64,000 nucleotides of DNA, taken from the NCBI RefSeq assembly GCF_009834535.1, contig NC_045697.1:1676001-1740000 (forward strand). Reading direction: 5' to 3'. Both the position numbers and the translations under genes were made by a program. Below, one piece after another: positions 37,096 to 48,700 of this stretch; the stretch's first letter is position 1; each line of letters starts with the position of its first letter. This DNA is from Camelus ferus. Lineage: Eukaryota. The notes below the pieces were generated by a model, which saw only the letters and a list, made by a program, of their open reading frames with translations, did not search any database and was not told where the DNA came from.

Positions 37096-38389
37096 AGAAA
37101 TGCAAATGCTGCATTAAGAATTTTATTTTCACTAAAGTCAGTTGTCAACTGTTGGTTGGGGTATTAGGGACGTAGTGTCAGGATGCAGTTCCAGTTGTGG
37201 CACTCAGAATATGTAGCCCTGGGCCAAGTTGGTGAGATTCTCTGAACTCATCTTTTTCTTCTGTTGAAATAGGAATAGTAGTAGTACGAATCTTACCTAA
37301 CTAGAGGTGTTGTGGGCCCGTGGTGAGAGGGCTTCTGAATGTGTGTTGTACGTAGGTTTGCTATCAGTGCTTTCCTTTCCCTTCCTCCTTTAACAGTGTA
37401 CAGAGGAGGGAGAAGCAGATGTTAAGAGGAAAAGGCACAGAAAAGCAATAATAGAAAAAAAACCCTCTTTACTAGCTACTCCCACTCTCTTTTTTTAAAG
37501 CTCTGTGCAGGGATAGTTTTGTTTGTTACAGCTACAGTATTTGCAGTTTGCAGGAACTTTGTGGTTAAGCCATTCTTTCTAAGATTTAAGAATATTTTAG
37601 TTAACAGGCCAGCCTTGTTCCCAGGTGATACCATTAACCGAGTTGTTACTGCATAGAGCCTCAGGCAAGAAGGGAGGGTAGAAACGGTGCTTGAGTCTCA
37701 TGGAATGGCTCCCTTTAGGGGTGAGTCTACTTTAGTAGGAGAGATGTGAAGTTAGTCTGCTCCCTTAGGGGGAACTTAATAACCCCACCTTGCCAGATAC
37801 TCTGTCTTGGTTTATTCTGAGCATCGTCCCTGGAACTGAAGCACAGCGCTCTTTGGCAGAATAACCACCAGGAATGTCACTGACCTAGGATGTCTGAAAT
37901 ATTGAATGTGCACCATTTTCTGCATAGGGCGTTTGACTGATGGATTGATTTGGAAAGCAGGGAATTTCTTGAAGGAAACATTTCTTTTCCAGATTTTAGT
38001 CAAGCGATGATGGTATGGATTTTCTTTGTCTCTAGATTAGAAATGACATTAAGGAGGTTTCTTAATTCATTAAACTATACATATATACCCCCCACTTCCT
38101 CCTCAATTCACTGAACTTTTAAAAAGGGCTTCAGTGTGCCGAGGCATTGCACTGGACATTGGGGAATCAAAGATAAGAGCAGAGGTCCTGCTTCAAGGGC
38201 TCATGGCTCTTCAGACTGGACGGGGAGGTAGCCCACGAGGATGACTACAGGGAACTCCTGTAGGGCCTTCTCTGTAGTGGCATGAGGTGGATCCCTGTTA
38301 GAGCTGTTCAGGTCATTGAGATGTTTCATATCACTTGCCCACAGTTATTTTTATCATTTCTATTTTATAAAACTGAAGCTAGCGATTTT

Positions 38390-38578
38390 TAAAAAATCTA
38401 TACTTCTTTTTTAATTCATTTTTTTGGTTTATTTTTGAGGGGGGAGGTAATCAGTTTCTTTATTTATTTGTTTGTTTATTCATTCATTCATTTATTTATT
38501 TAATGGAGGTACTGGGGATTGAACCCATGACGTTGTGCATGCTAAGCACATGCTCTACCACTGAGCTGTACCCTCCCC
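38390..38578 (-). mobile_element. tRNA-derived SINE (Vic-1-like) with 17-bp target-site duplication
   Basis: gaggtactggggattgaaccca...gtgcatgctaagcacatgctctaccactgagctgtaccctcccc; flanks ctgaagctagcgatttt (38373) and ctgaagctagtgatttt (38579). Confidence 0.9.
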
Positions 38579-39941
38579 CTGAAGCTAGTGATTTTAAAGT
38601 CTGTTTTACTTTTTCTTAGTGGATAATTTCCATTTTGATTATTTCATAATGCCCTAGGGTGAAGTCCAATCTTCATGAAAATAGTGCAGATTTTGCTGAC
38701 AATAACTATGGAAGGTTGCCAGTAACTTTCTCATAAAATGAGTTATTTGTACATTATTTCATCTCTTGACCCCAGATTTCACTGTGCTGTGAAAAAAGCC
38801 GTGACATCATCTTTATTCTCAGTATAAGTCAAGCCTGGATGGTATTTATAAGAATGAATACATGAGTTACATCTTACAGGACGTACATTTTTTTTTCCTG
38901 AAAGGGCATATATGGTTTATGTTTAAAGCCTCAGGTGATCGGGACATTTGTAGTGATATTCTAAGATACAATGTAACTTTCAGAGTAGTTTAAAGGATTA
39001 GAAATCATATATATAAAGCATAGTAAGCGTGGTTACTAAATGGTTTGGAGTTTATTCTGTTTGTAACTTCTTAGAAATTGGTCACTTACTCTTTTGTTGT
39101 TGTTGTTTTTAGTTTTTTAAATAGCAAATAACGGAAGCAAATCTCACTGTCCAACAATAGGAACTAATTTTTTAATAGAAGTGTTGAAGGCTATATATTT
39201 CTCTAAAAGTAGTTTTTAGTAAAGCCAACAGTTTCCAAGTATAATATTTTCATTGTGTAGATATGTTTAAATTTTCATGATTTCTTCTTCCTTGGCCCAG
39301 GCATTATTTGAAAGTGTGCTTTTAAATGTCAAAGTTTTTAAAACATTTTTTTTTGACTTGTTATAATTGCATTGTGATCAAAGTAATGGTTTGTATGCTA
39401 CTGATTCTATGGAATTTGTTGAGATTGTCTTTATTTCATCCAGATATGTGGTGCTGTTTTTAAACGTTCCTCGTACTCTAGAGAAGAATGTGTATTTTTA
39501 AGAATTTAATTATTTTGGAAGGACAGGGAGGTGCAAGTTTCTGTGTGCTTCTAATGATGTCACTTTTGATTACATTGTTCTTTCTGTTTACTAATTTCTT
39601 AATTAATTTTAAAAATTAATAATTGAGCAGTATTTTGGTGTTAATTTACTCAGTATGGGTCAGTCTGCCCAGTGTGGTGGTAGATTTGTCAGTTTCTTTG
39701 AGTTTTAGCAGTTTTTACTTCATATGTATTGATACTGTTCTGTTAGGCATGTATGTTTTCTTCTTCCTGTTGAACTGAATTTTTTTGAATCATTATTTAT
39801 GGTGGTTCTTCCATCCCAAAGAAGTGCTTTTATCTGCCACGGTCCTCTTGGTCCAGCTGCCTTTTGGTTGGCGTTTGCTTAGTGCGCTGATTTTCATCCA
39901 TTCACTTTCAGACGTTCTGCCATGTTCTTATGTGTTATGGG

Positions 39942-40409
39942 TGTATTAGCTTTTTGTGGCTGCTGTAACATATTACCACAAACTTGGTGCCTTAAAACAA
40001 GAGAAGTTTTTCTCTCATAGTTCTGGAATCCAGAAGCCCCAAATCAATATCACTGAGCCAAAATCTGAGTGTTGACGGGATGTGCTTCCTCTGGAGGGTC
40101 TAGAGGAGGGAATCTGTTCCTGGCTTCTTTGGCTGCCAGCATTCTTTGGCTGTAGCTGTGTCACTCCAGGCTCTGTGTCCCTGGTCAGATCGCCCTTTTC
40201 TTGTAAGTCTGTATAGTCAAGTCTTCCTCTGCCTCCTTTTTGCAAGGATACTGGTGATTGCGTTTAGGGTCCATCCAGAAAATCCAGGATAGTCTCATCA
40301 TCCCCACATGCTTAATCATATCTCCAAAGTCTTTGCAATGTAAAGTAACAGCTGCAGGTTCCAGGGATTAATACTGATATCTTTGGTGACCATTATTAAG
40401 CCAACTACA
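39942..40409 (-). mobile_element. MLT1 (MaLR) solo LTR
   Basis: tgtattag...ggctgctgtaacatattaccacaaacttggtgccttaaaacaa...atccaggatagtctc...aggttccagggatta...ccaactaca; TG...CA termini. Confidence 0.88.
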
Positions 40410-40822
40410 GTCAGTATAATATGTGTCTTTTAACTGGCGTAATTTAGTACATTTACATTTATTGTGATTCTGATAAATTTGTACTTTTTCTATCATTTTA
40501 CAGTATGTTTTGTGTCAGTTTTTGAACAACCCAGTTGTTTTTATGTTCTCCCCCTTTGGCTTGGAGATTACGTACTCTATCATGCTCTTTTAGTGGTTGC
40601 CTTTGAAATTTTGCCATGCACATTTATCAAAGTCTGGAATTAATTTCATATTCTCTTACCAGGCAAACCAAAGACACTAAGATACTTTAATTCCAGTTAA
40701 ACTTAATGATTAAGTTACATACTACTATTGTTCAGTATTTTAGTCTAATTTTTTTAACCTCATAAATTGAACAGCATCATCATCACTGTATTATTCAAAA
40801 ATATTTTTAGATTTACTTTCCT

Positions 40823-41451
40823 GTTTAGCAGTTTCTTTTTTTTATTTATATATTTTTATTTGGAATTGTTTCTATCAGTACAGTGAACCTGAATTTTAGA
40901 GACACTGGATGCCTTTAGTTTGGATTTCATTAAATTTATTATAAAAGAGAGATGTGGAAATTATTCACATGATGAAAAGATTTCAGAACTTCAGTGGAAT
41001 GGGCAGCTTCACGTGATGCCATTTCAATAGTGACATCTCAGCCTACGTATTTTTCAAGAATGTCTCCATCTCTAAATAAAGAATCCTTGCCGTCTTCGGT
41101 GCCTCTGTATTCTGGGAGAAGTACTTTATCTCCAAGTTTCACACTAACTGGTTGAATCTCTCCACCCTTTCGTTTAGAGCCTGATCCAAAACAGCTGCTA
41201 CTGTTGGCCTGCAATACTTCTCCTTGAGATTTTTTTCTGGAAGCATACTGCCTCCTTTGGTTACAGTTTCGGCTGCACTCCTTTCAACTGATGCGTGGTC
41301 AGAGAGGGGGAGAAACTTTCTAAATGCCTGTCCTGCCATGATTCCAGCCCCCACAGTTCGTATTCTGTTCTTCCACCTCTGCCTCAAGGAGAAACCCCGC
41401 AGTCTGGCGCTCCGGACATGTGAAATTGGGAAACCGTTTAGCAGTTTCTTT
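40823..41451 (-). pseudogene. HSPE1: Processed pseudogene of HSPE1 (HSP10/chaperonin 10); CDS remnant 41339->41038
   Basis: Minus strand reads MAGQAFRKFLPLSDHASVERSAAETVTKGGSMLPEK...KLGDKVLLPEY...DGDILEKYVG*; intronless; frameshifted; 5' and 3' UTR-like sequence, AATAAA and A-tail; 16-bp direct repeat gtttagcagtttcttt at 40823 and 41436. Confidence 0.95.
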
Positions 41452-43319
41452 ACTCACAATTCTTACTGCGCTTCTGTTTTTTTCTCTGGGATTGTTTTTT
41501 CTTCTTTAAAAGCTCCTTTACTATAGGTTTGTAGGTGGTACCTGTGTTTTCGTTCATCTGGAATGACTTTATTTCACATTCTTGAAAGATACTCTTGCTT
41601 GGTATAAAAATCTAGATTGACAGATGTATTTCCTTTCAGTAGTTTGAAGATACTTTGTTTCTCAACTTTTGTGGTTTCTGTTACAAGTTTGCCAGTAGTC
41701 TGTCATTCCTTTTTAGGTGATGTCTTTTTTTCCCCTCTGTTTGCTTTTAGAAAAAAATGTTTGCCTTGGCTCTTCTGCAGGTTCGTTATGATGTGCATGA
41801 GGTGCGGGTATCTCTGTTTTGCTTAGTGTTTGTGGACTCACGTCTTTCCATCATGTAGAATTGTCAGCCATTCTTTCTGGATATCAGCTCTTCCCTACTC
41901 TTTATTATCTCTGCCTGTAAGTCCAGTAAATGTGTAGTGGATTTTCTTATTCTGCCCTCCACTTCTCTGCTGTCATAATTTGGACCTCCTTGTCTGCCTG
42001 TGCTGGTTTTTGGGTAATTTTTTTTCAAATCTATCTTTTAATTCACTTGTTCCTGTTTATCTGTGTCAAAACTGCTATTCATTAGTTGATTAATTTTTTA
42101 AAAATTATTTCATTTCTAAGAGTTCTGTTTGGTTTCTTTTCCAGGTCTGCCTGCTCATTTTTCATAGTCCCTGTGGCTTGTCATATTTATGATTAATTTA
42201 TATTTTAAACATTTCGTACATAGTTGTTCTGTGTTCTGTGTTCTAATTCCGTGTCTGACGTCTCTGGGGGCCTGGACCTGTGATTGGTCTTTTCTGATGA
42301 CTGTCACTCATGGAGATTGTTTTTGGGTTTGTTGAATTTTTGACGTGGACCTCATCTCTGGTTGATTTTAACCTGTGGAAGAACCTGAGGAATCAACATT
42401 GAGGATGTTTTTCCTGAGAGGATTGTATTTACTTCTGCTGTAAGCCAGGGTTACTCCGCCTGAGACTGTCTGTACCCCTTACACCAGCTCTTCCTTTTTT
42501 TACCTCTACCAGTGTAGACTTTGGGCACTGACCTCTGGCAATGTCACTTCTTGTGAGTGATTCAGAGCTCTAGTTTCATTCTCTTGGTTTTGGTTTTTGT
42601 TGTTGTTTAGCCCTTGGAGGTTTCATGTATTTCTTACATGCAAGTAACATTTGTTTTTATGGAAAATCTTATTTGAGTGGTAGGGCCTCTTAAGTATTTG
42701 CCTTACTTGAAATCTCCAAGTATTTATTAGTAATGGAAATAGTGGTTGTGCATTGTTTTAAAACTTAGGAAAAGCATATTCAGTATGAGGTGACTCTACC
42801 CAGCTTGAGGGTCAGTGGAGTGAGTGAGGTGCGTTGGTGTTCTTTGGTACGAGGGGGAGCCAGCTACAGCTTGGCAAGCATGTGAGACTTAGGTAAAGTC
42901 GTTTCGCTCGGTTTTATCATCTGTGTGATCGGGCGGCTTCTCAAGTTCCTTGGTGCCAAAAATGTATACTTCTAAGGTTTGTTTCACTGCTCTTTATATG
43001 TTTTATATTAAATAGTCAGTATTATAAGGCCTGTGCTCAAAACATTGTGTGGGGATGTGAGAAGGAAGAGCGTTAGCGTTGTAAGGGCTCCCACCTCAGC
43101 GAGCTTGCAGCCGAGCGATGGTGTTAACAATTGGTAGCACAGAGCTGTGAGAGGGAACTCTAGAAAGTGGTGCTGTGTGTCCCTGGGCACGTATCAAGGA
43201 AGACAGTTAATTGGTCCCGTCAGAGAACGCTCTTCTGGTGTCCTTTTGAAGATACTCAGTCAGTCTTCAAAGGTGCTGCTGCTGTTTATGATACCAGTAA
43301 TAATAACTACCATTTATTT

Positions 43320-43550
43320 TATTGCTGACTGTGTGCCAGGCCCTGTATGAAGCATTTAGCATAAATTAACTCCTTTAACCTTAAACCGAGGAAGTAGATA
43401 ATCGTATCATTCCCACTGACTAATGAAGAAACTGAGCACAGAAGGAGACGAAGTAATGTGTGTAGGGACACAGAGCCCAGGAAGTGGCAAACTGGGCTCA
43501 AACCCAGGTGGCTTGCCCCAGGGTCTGAACTCTAGCCATGCACTGAGCCT
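43320..43550 (-). mobile_element. MIR SINE
   Basis: tgtgtgccaggccctgt...gaagaaactgagcacaga...ggacacagagcccaggaagtggc...caaacccagg. Further MIR-like pieces lie at ~17310, 17620, 35400, 44040, 47610 and 49330. Confidence 0.75.
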
Positions 43551-45696
43551 GGTTACCAGTCAGCTAGCACTGAGAGGCTGAGGGAATTTTGATGAAGACC
43601 AAAGCCAGATTCTTTCTGTACCAGTGTCATCTGATGGATTTTGGAAATAAAAACAGGATGGGGTGCATTAAAGTTCACTTACATGTGTTCACTTAAACAG
43701 ATGGTTGGTTGGCTTATCTTTAGTTGCCTCACCCAGAGTTGTTTTCAAAGCCACACCCAAGTCTCTCTCAGGGAGCTAGACTACAGTGCTGGTTTAGGGG
43801 TTGAGTTAGAGACACTCCACTTAATCTGTGGTACGTGTGTTGATAGTTAGAACACAGTAGTTTTACTTAAAATACAAAAAGATAAAATGAGTTTATAATA
43901 GGATGTTGTTTTTAATTAAAATAATGTGTTTTAACTTTTAGTTGGTTAAACTTAATGTCCTTGAAGTTTATGAGGTGGACTGTGTGGCCTGTTACTTTTA
44001 CATTCTCGTCAGATATTAGAGCATGAAAATACTTCCTTGTTACAGGGTCTCCACTACGTGCCAGACGCTGTGCTGGATGTTTTATGCTTATTATTTCTAA
44101 CTGCCCCAACAACTCTGGAACGTCACTTGACTGTATTTTATTACAAGTGAGGAGACTGAGGTGGAAAAGGTGATAAACCTTCCCGAGGTCAGGTAGTGTG
44201 GATTAGGAGGCAGCAGGGGGGCGCTGCTGGCGCAGGGCTGACTTGTTAGTCAGTGGTGGGGAGTGGAAAGACACGCCCCTGTGTCTCCAGGGAGACGATG
44301 AGATAGCTGGAAAACATCCATGAAAATAAATTCCAGATGGAGTCAGGAGAAATGTTTAAAATTACAGAGAATGTAGAGATAGAGCAGAATAAAGTGTTTA
44401 TCAGAGATAATGCCTGAAACTTTTGGGGAACATTTTGTCAGACGTGTGCCTCTGAAGGGATGATGACTTTTTCTTTAAAAGTAAAAGAATTCAAAGGAAA
44501 AGGTTTGCAGACCTAAGTATGTAAAATGTTAAAATACTTGCTTATTTATGAATAAAAATATAGAAGATAATAGTATGGGAATGTCAAATACAACAAAAGG
44601 TCAATGTAGGTATATACTTTAAAAAAAATCCTAGGAGTAAATATGTCAAGATTTCAATAGATAAGTTGGTGGACAAAGAGATTAATAGACCCTAATGGAA
44701 ATTTCAGATGTAAATAAACATATGAAAAACATTCGTTCTTACCTACTAATCAGAGAAATGCCGAATAAAGCAGCCACTTCCGATCCATCAAAGCAGGGAA
44801 ATTTTGCTGATACTTCTGCTTCCTTTTCAAGATAATGTGAGCCAGAAGGGAAGTGAAACTTCATATTTAATCCTGACCCATCGGAGGGGGTTTCTTTTAC
44901 TGTGAACTTTCCTTTCCGATGTCAGGTTTACTCTTCAGGCAATCGTTTGAGACATTGTGTTCTCCTGTTTCATTTAGCAACTGATTTTTGAGCTCTCGCT
45001 CTAAGCAAGGCCCTGCAACTGGGATTTCCGAGAAGGATCACATTTTGGGGGTGTTTATTTTATTTGTGCTGTTACAATTATTTGAGAGTGCTTTATGTTT
45101 TTATTGACTTGTTAAAATATGCTATAGTTTTTTTCAGAAATATTCTCAACTGTTGTGTAGAAATCATTTCGAAGTATATCGTGCTCTTGGTTCCTGAGTG
45201 GAATTGCCTCCCCCAAGTAAACAACGCTTTATTATTCATTTGAGGCTTGAGGTCGAAGACTTGACTAGATGGATCATTTTCTGTCCTGCATTAACCCTAG
45301 AAGGTCAGGCTGCAAGGCCACGGTGCCAGGTTTTCCTAGACATACAGTAGAACATACCTGGGAAAGAATGAATGATTTACTCGTTTCGGGTGATAGTTAT
45401 TGCTTAGCTAAGTACTAAATGACAGAATGGAAGGGGTAAACTCCTCTTCCCCTTTGACAAGGGTGGCCCCGCTGGGCGAATGTCTCCTTTGTGGAAAAGC
45501 GGCCTAACGTTGCACCCTGTGTCTTGACGCGGGTCTTCCACACGTAACGGTGTCTGGGCAAAGTCAGCTGTCAGTAGTTGGCAGGATGTGAATGTTTTCT
45601 GCCGTCCTCCAAGTTGTTTTTACCTCTCGTTGAAAAGAGTTTATTTCTAAAATTTCTATAGCCTTATGTTGTTAAGGTTTTTAAAGCTCCTGTTCA

Positions 45697-45790
45697 TCGA
45701 GGTCCTGGGTTCGGTCCCCAGTACCTCCTCCAAATATAAATAAACCCAATTACCTCCTCCCATCAAAACAAAACAAAACAAAAAACAAAG
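45697..45790 (+). mobile_element. 5'-truncated tRNA-derived SINE (Vic-1-like) with (AAAAC)n tail
   Basis: gaggtcctgggttcggtccccagtacctcc (B box)...taaacccaattacctcctccc. Confidence 0.8.
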
Positions 45791-48700
45791 CACCTATGCA
45801 TATACAGATGTTAGATCTTATTTTTAGCCATTTTGTTTTTGTTTTTAAACAAAAGGGATATGCAGACATTTCAGTGTTTCCCTCAATGCCAAAGAGTTTG
45901 TTTGGTATTTTTTTAAAAATGGGGTTTATATTTGAGAGCTATTGATATTAATTTAGATAAATAAAATAATTCTAGGGAAATTTCAGCTACCAAACGTTCA
46001 TATGCTCAGTGTTTATTAGTGTTAAGTATGATTTATTTTATTCCAGGTTTTGAAAACTGGTAGTTTTATTAATCAGAATATTCAGTTACTAGAGCTTTCT
46101 GTTTAATCGCCATGTCTGTCTACTCAGTAGCTTCAGGGAGTTTCTCTGGTATTCATTCCTGTGTGAAAATACAGAGCTGACTTGATGGGTGGGACAGGTA
46201 CCAGCTGTCATGGCTGTGCTGGCTGGTGACCAGGACTTCATTGCTGAAATAATAGTAACAGCAGGCATCATATTGACCATATTGTGTCCACTCCTCATCA
46301 GTCTTGTAAGGTAGATTTCATTATTGTCCCCCTTCTTCAAAGGGAAAACTGGTAGAAATAGTGAGCTTGCCCAGGACATGTTCCTAGTGAGTATGTGGGC
46401 TGCAGTTTGAACCCTGATGACCTCAAATCCTTCCTCTTTCCCATTAAGCATCACTGTCTTTTGGCTGTTTTGGGACCTGAGGGTCTTCCACTCGTGTACT
46501 GCCGCCCTCCCATAGGAGACTGATTTCAGGCAGGTGACGGGGGCAGAACAGAGCTCTCGGGACCATTCAGAAAGAGCCAGGCAAACAGCCTGGTTTTATC
46601 TTACCCAACATATGCCTAGGGGCTGCGGAGTGCTGGAGAGTTAGCAGAAGCCCTGCTTAGCTGTGTGGACTCTGTCACTATGTACTCGCCTTGTTTCGTG
46701 GCTGCAGTATAATTTCGTGTGTGCTGTTTTAACAACTTAAAGTATTGGCCATGTCCTACATGTTACTCATAAGATCATTTTTATCACTAAATACTTTCCC
46801 ATCCTACTGATTTTTAACTCTTAAAGTATTTCCTTGGTATTGATCCGTGTTTTTCTCAGAGGAAACATTCTCGTCTTAGGCTGGTGGTGTTCGACAGTCC
46901 TTCCTAAAGTGTTCAACCAGATTGCAGAGTGGTTTTTTCCTTCCTTATCAGATCTGCATAGAGGTTTGCATACTCACATGTGTCTGGTCAATCTCTGCTT
47001 CCTGACTTGCTCGGTTGGGTCTTCCTGCTGTCCTTCTGGGTCTCACTCTAGTACTACAAGTCTAGAATTCTCCTTTTCTTTTATTTCCCTACCTCTGGGA
47101 GTTACACTTGCTTGAGTCTCCAAAACCAGTCAGCTAGAGACAGATACAGCTTTGGCTTTGTATACCAACTTTGGGAATTGATGTAGTTCTTAGAAATGTA
47201 ACACCTAGGTAACTCAAAACACAAAACCCAGTTTGAGGCACAGAGTGTTCATCTGCAGCCTGCAGTTCCCAGTGAGTGGTGGACTGCGGCTGGGAGCCTG
47301 TGGAGTTAGCTGCTCTGTCCCAGAGTCTCCTCGGTCGTATGTCGCTTGTGATTGAGTGAAGCTGAGTGACAGCTTTTCTCACAGTCAGATGCCTCTGGAA
47401 TCCAGGCTCAGATTAGCATTGCCGGCCCGGAGTGTGAGACCTGGATGTGTCTTTGTTCCTCAGTTTATGCTTATCAAGGGCCTTTTAGATCATGGTCCTG
47501 TGAAGACAGTAGTGAGTGAGACAGGCGAGTCTCCTGCCCTCTTGAGGGTTACATGCCAGCATTCCAAGACAGACAGGGAATCTGTGGTGCTACTAATTAC
47601 TGACACTTGAGTTATTGTGTCAGGGACTTGTTCCAAGCATTTTACATGCGCCAACTGTATGAGGGGTGCGTTTGTTAGCGTCATTATTTCAGTTGTGGAA
47701 ACTGAAACCAGAGAAGTTAAGAAGTTTTCCCAAGCTTTCAGAGCCAGTAAATGGCTGAGCTGGAATTTGAACTCAAGCAGTCCTGGCTTCAGAGTCTGTG
47801 CTCTGAAAGAGGGAGGGAACGCCTGGGAGGGAAAGAAAACTCGGTGATTTGAGAGAGCTGGGAATGGGGGTTATTCTAATTAGGGTGGTAAGGTGTCTCA
47901 AAATTTGGAGGTGAAATTTGACCTGAAACCTGGCTGATAAGAGGTAAAGTACTCAAAGTAGCTGGAATAAGTTTATTGTCGGCAGAGAGAAGAGCTGTGT
48001 AAAAGGCTGTGAGGCAGGAAGGAGCTGGGTTTGTGCAGACGGGGAGCCTCGTGTATCTGGGACAGTGTGGCAGAAAGATGGCTGGGGGCCAAACTGGGAG
48101 GGTCCCTGTTGGCTGTGATCAAGATTTCAGATTTTATTCCAAGGACTGCGGGAAACCGTTGATAGGAATTAAGCAGTGGCAGGACCTGATTTGATTACAT
48201 TTTTGCAGAGAATGAGTTATAAGAGTTTGAGTGGAAGCAGGGAAAAGAGGCTGGGAGAGGACTGAGGTTCATATTGGACGTGAGGTGTGAGTGGCCCCTC
48301 CTTGTATCTTTGTTTACTTATTTACCACGGTATCTCAATGCTTAAAGAAAATGGTGATGAACAGATTTAGTTTTATCCCCCTCTCCCACTCCCAAACAAA
48401 ATCTAGTCCTCGCTATCAGCCTTGGCTCAAGCTGTCTCTGCCTGGAGTGCCTAGTGCCCTCCCCACCTGTGGTATCACCTCCAGGAGCCCTTCCTACTCA
48501 GTGTTGCCGCTGACTCCTCCTTGCCCATCCTCCCAGTCCCCTCCCCAGGGCACTACGTCCTCCTAACTTACCATGCAATTTACTTAATCATGTTTATTTA
48601 CTGCCTGGCCCCCCCTGCCAGTATATACATCTCCTGAAGGGCGGAGGTCTTTGTGCGTTGAGTTGAGTCTTGCAGGAACTCGCTGAAGAACAGTGCCTGG

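Larger units (their letters stand above)
39150..42420 (-). mobile_element. Old LINE-1 (L1ME/MC-like) interrupted by an MLT1 LTR and the HSPE1 retrocopy
   Basis: Antisense L1 motifs on both sides of the insertions (attgcattgtgatca, gagaagaatgtgtatt, ttcatccattcactttca, cttgaaagatactcttgcttggtataaaaatctag, ttttcatttctaagagttctgtttggtt). Confidence 0.7.

Noticed and set aside
41139..41387. 82-aa ORF as a functional HSP10 retrogene
   Set aside because: Similarity to HSP10 is broken by frameshifts after MLPEK and the ORF ends before the C-terminal third; treated as a pseudogene.
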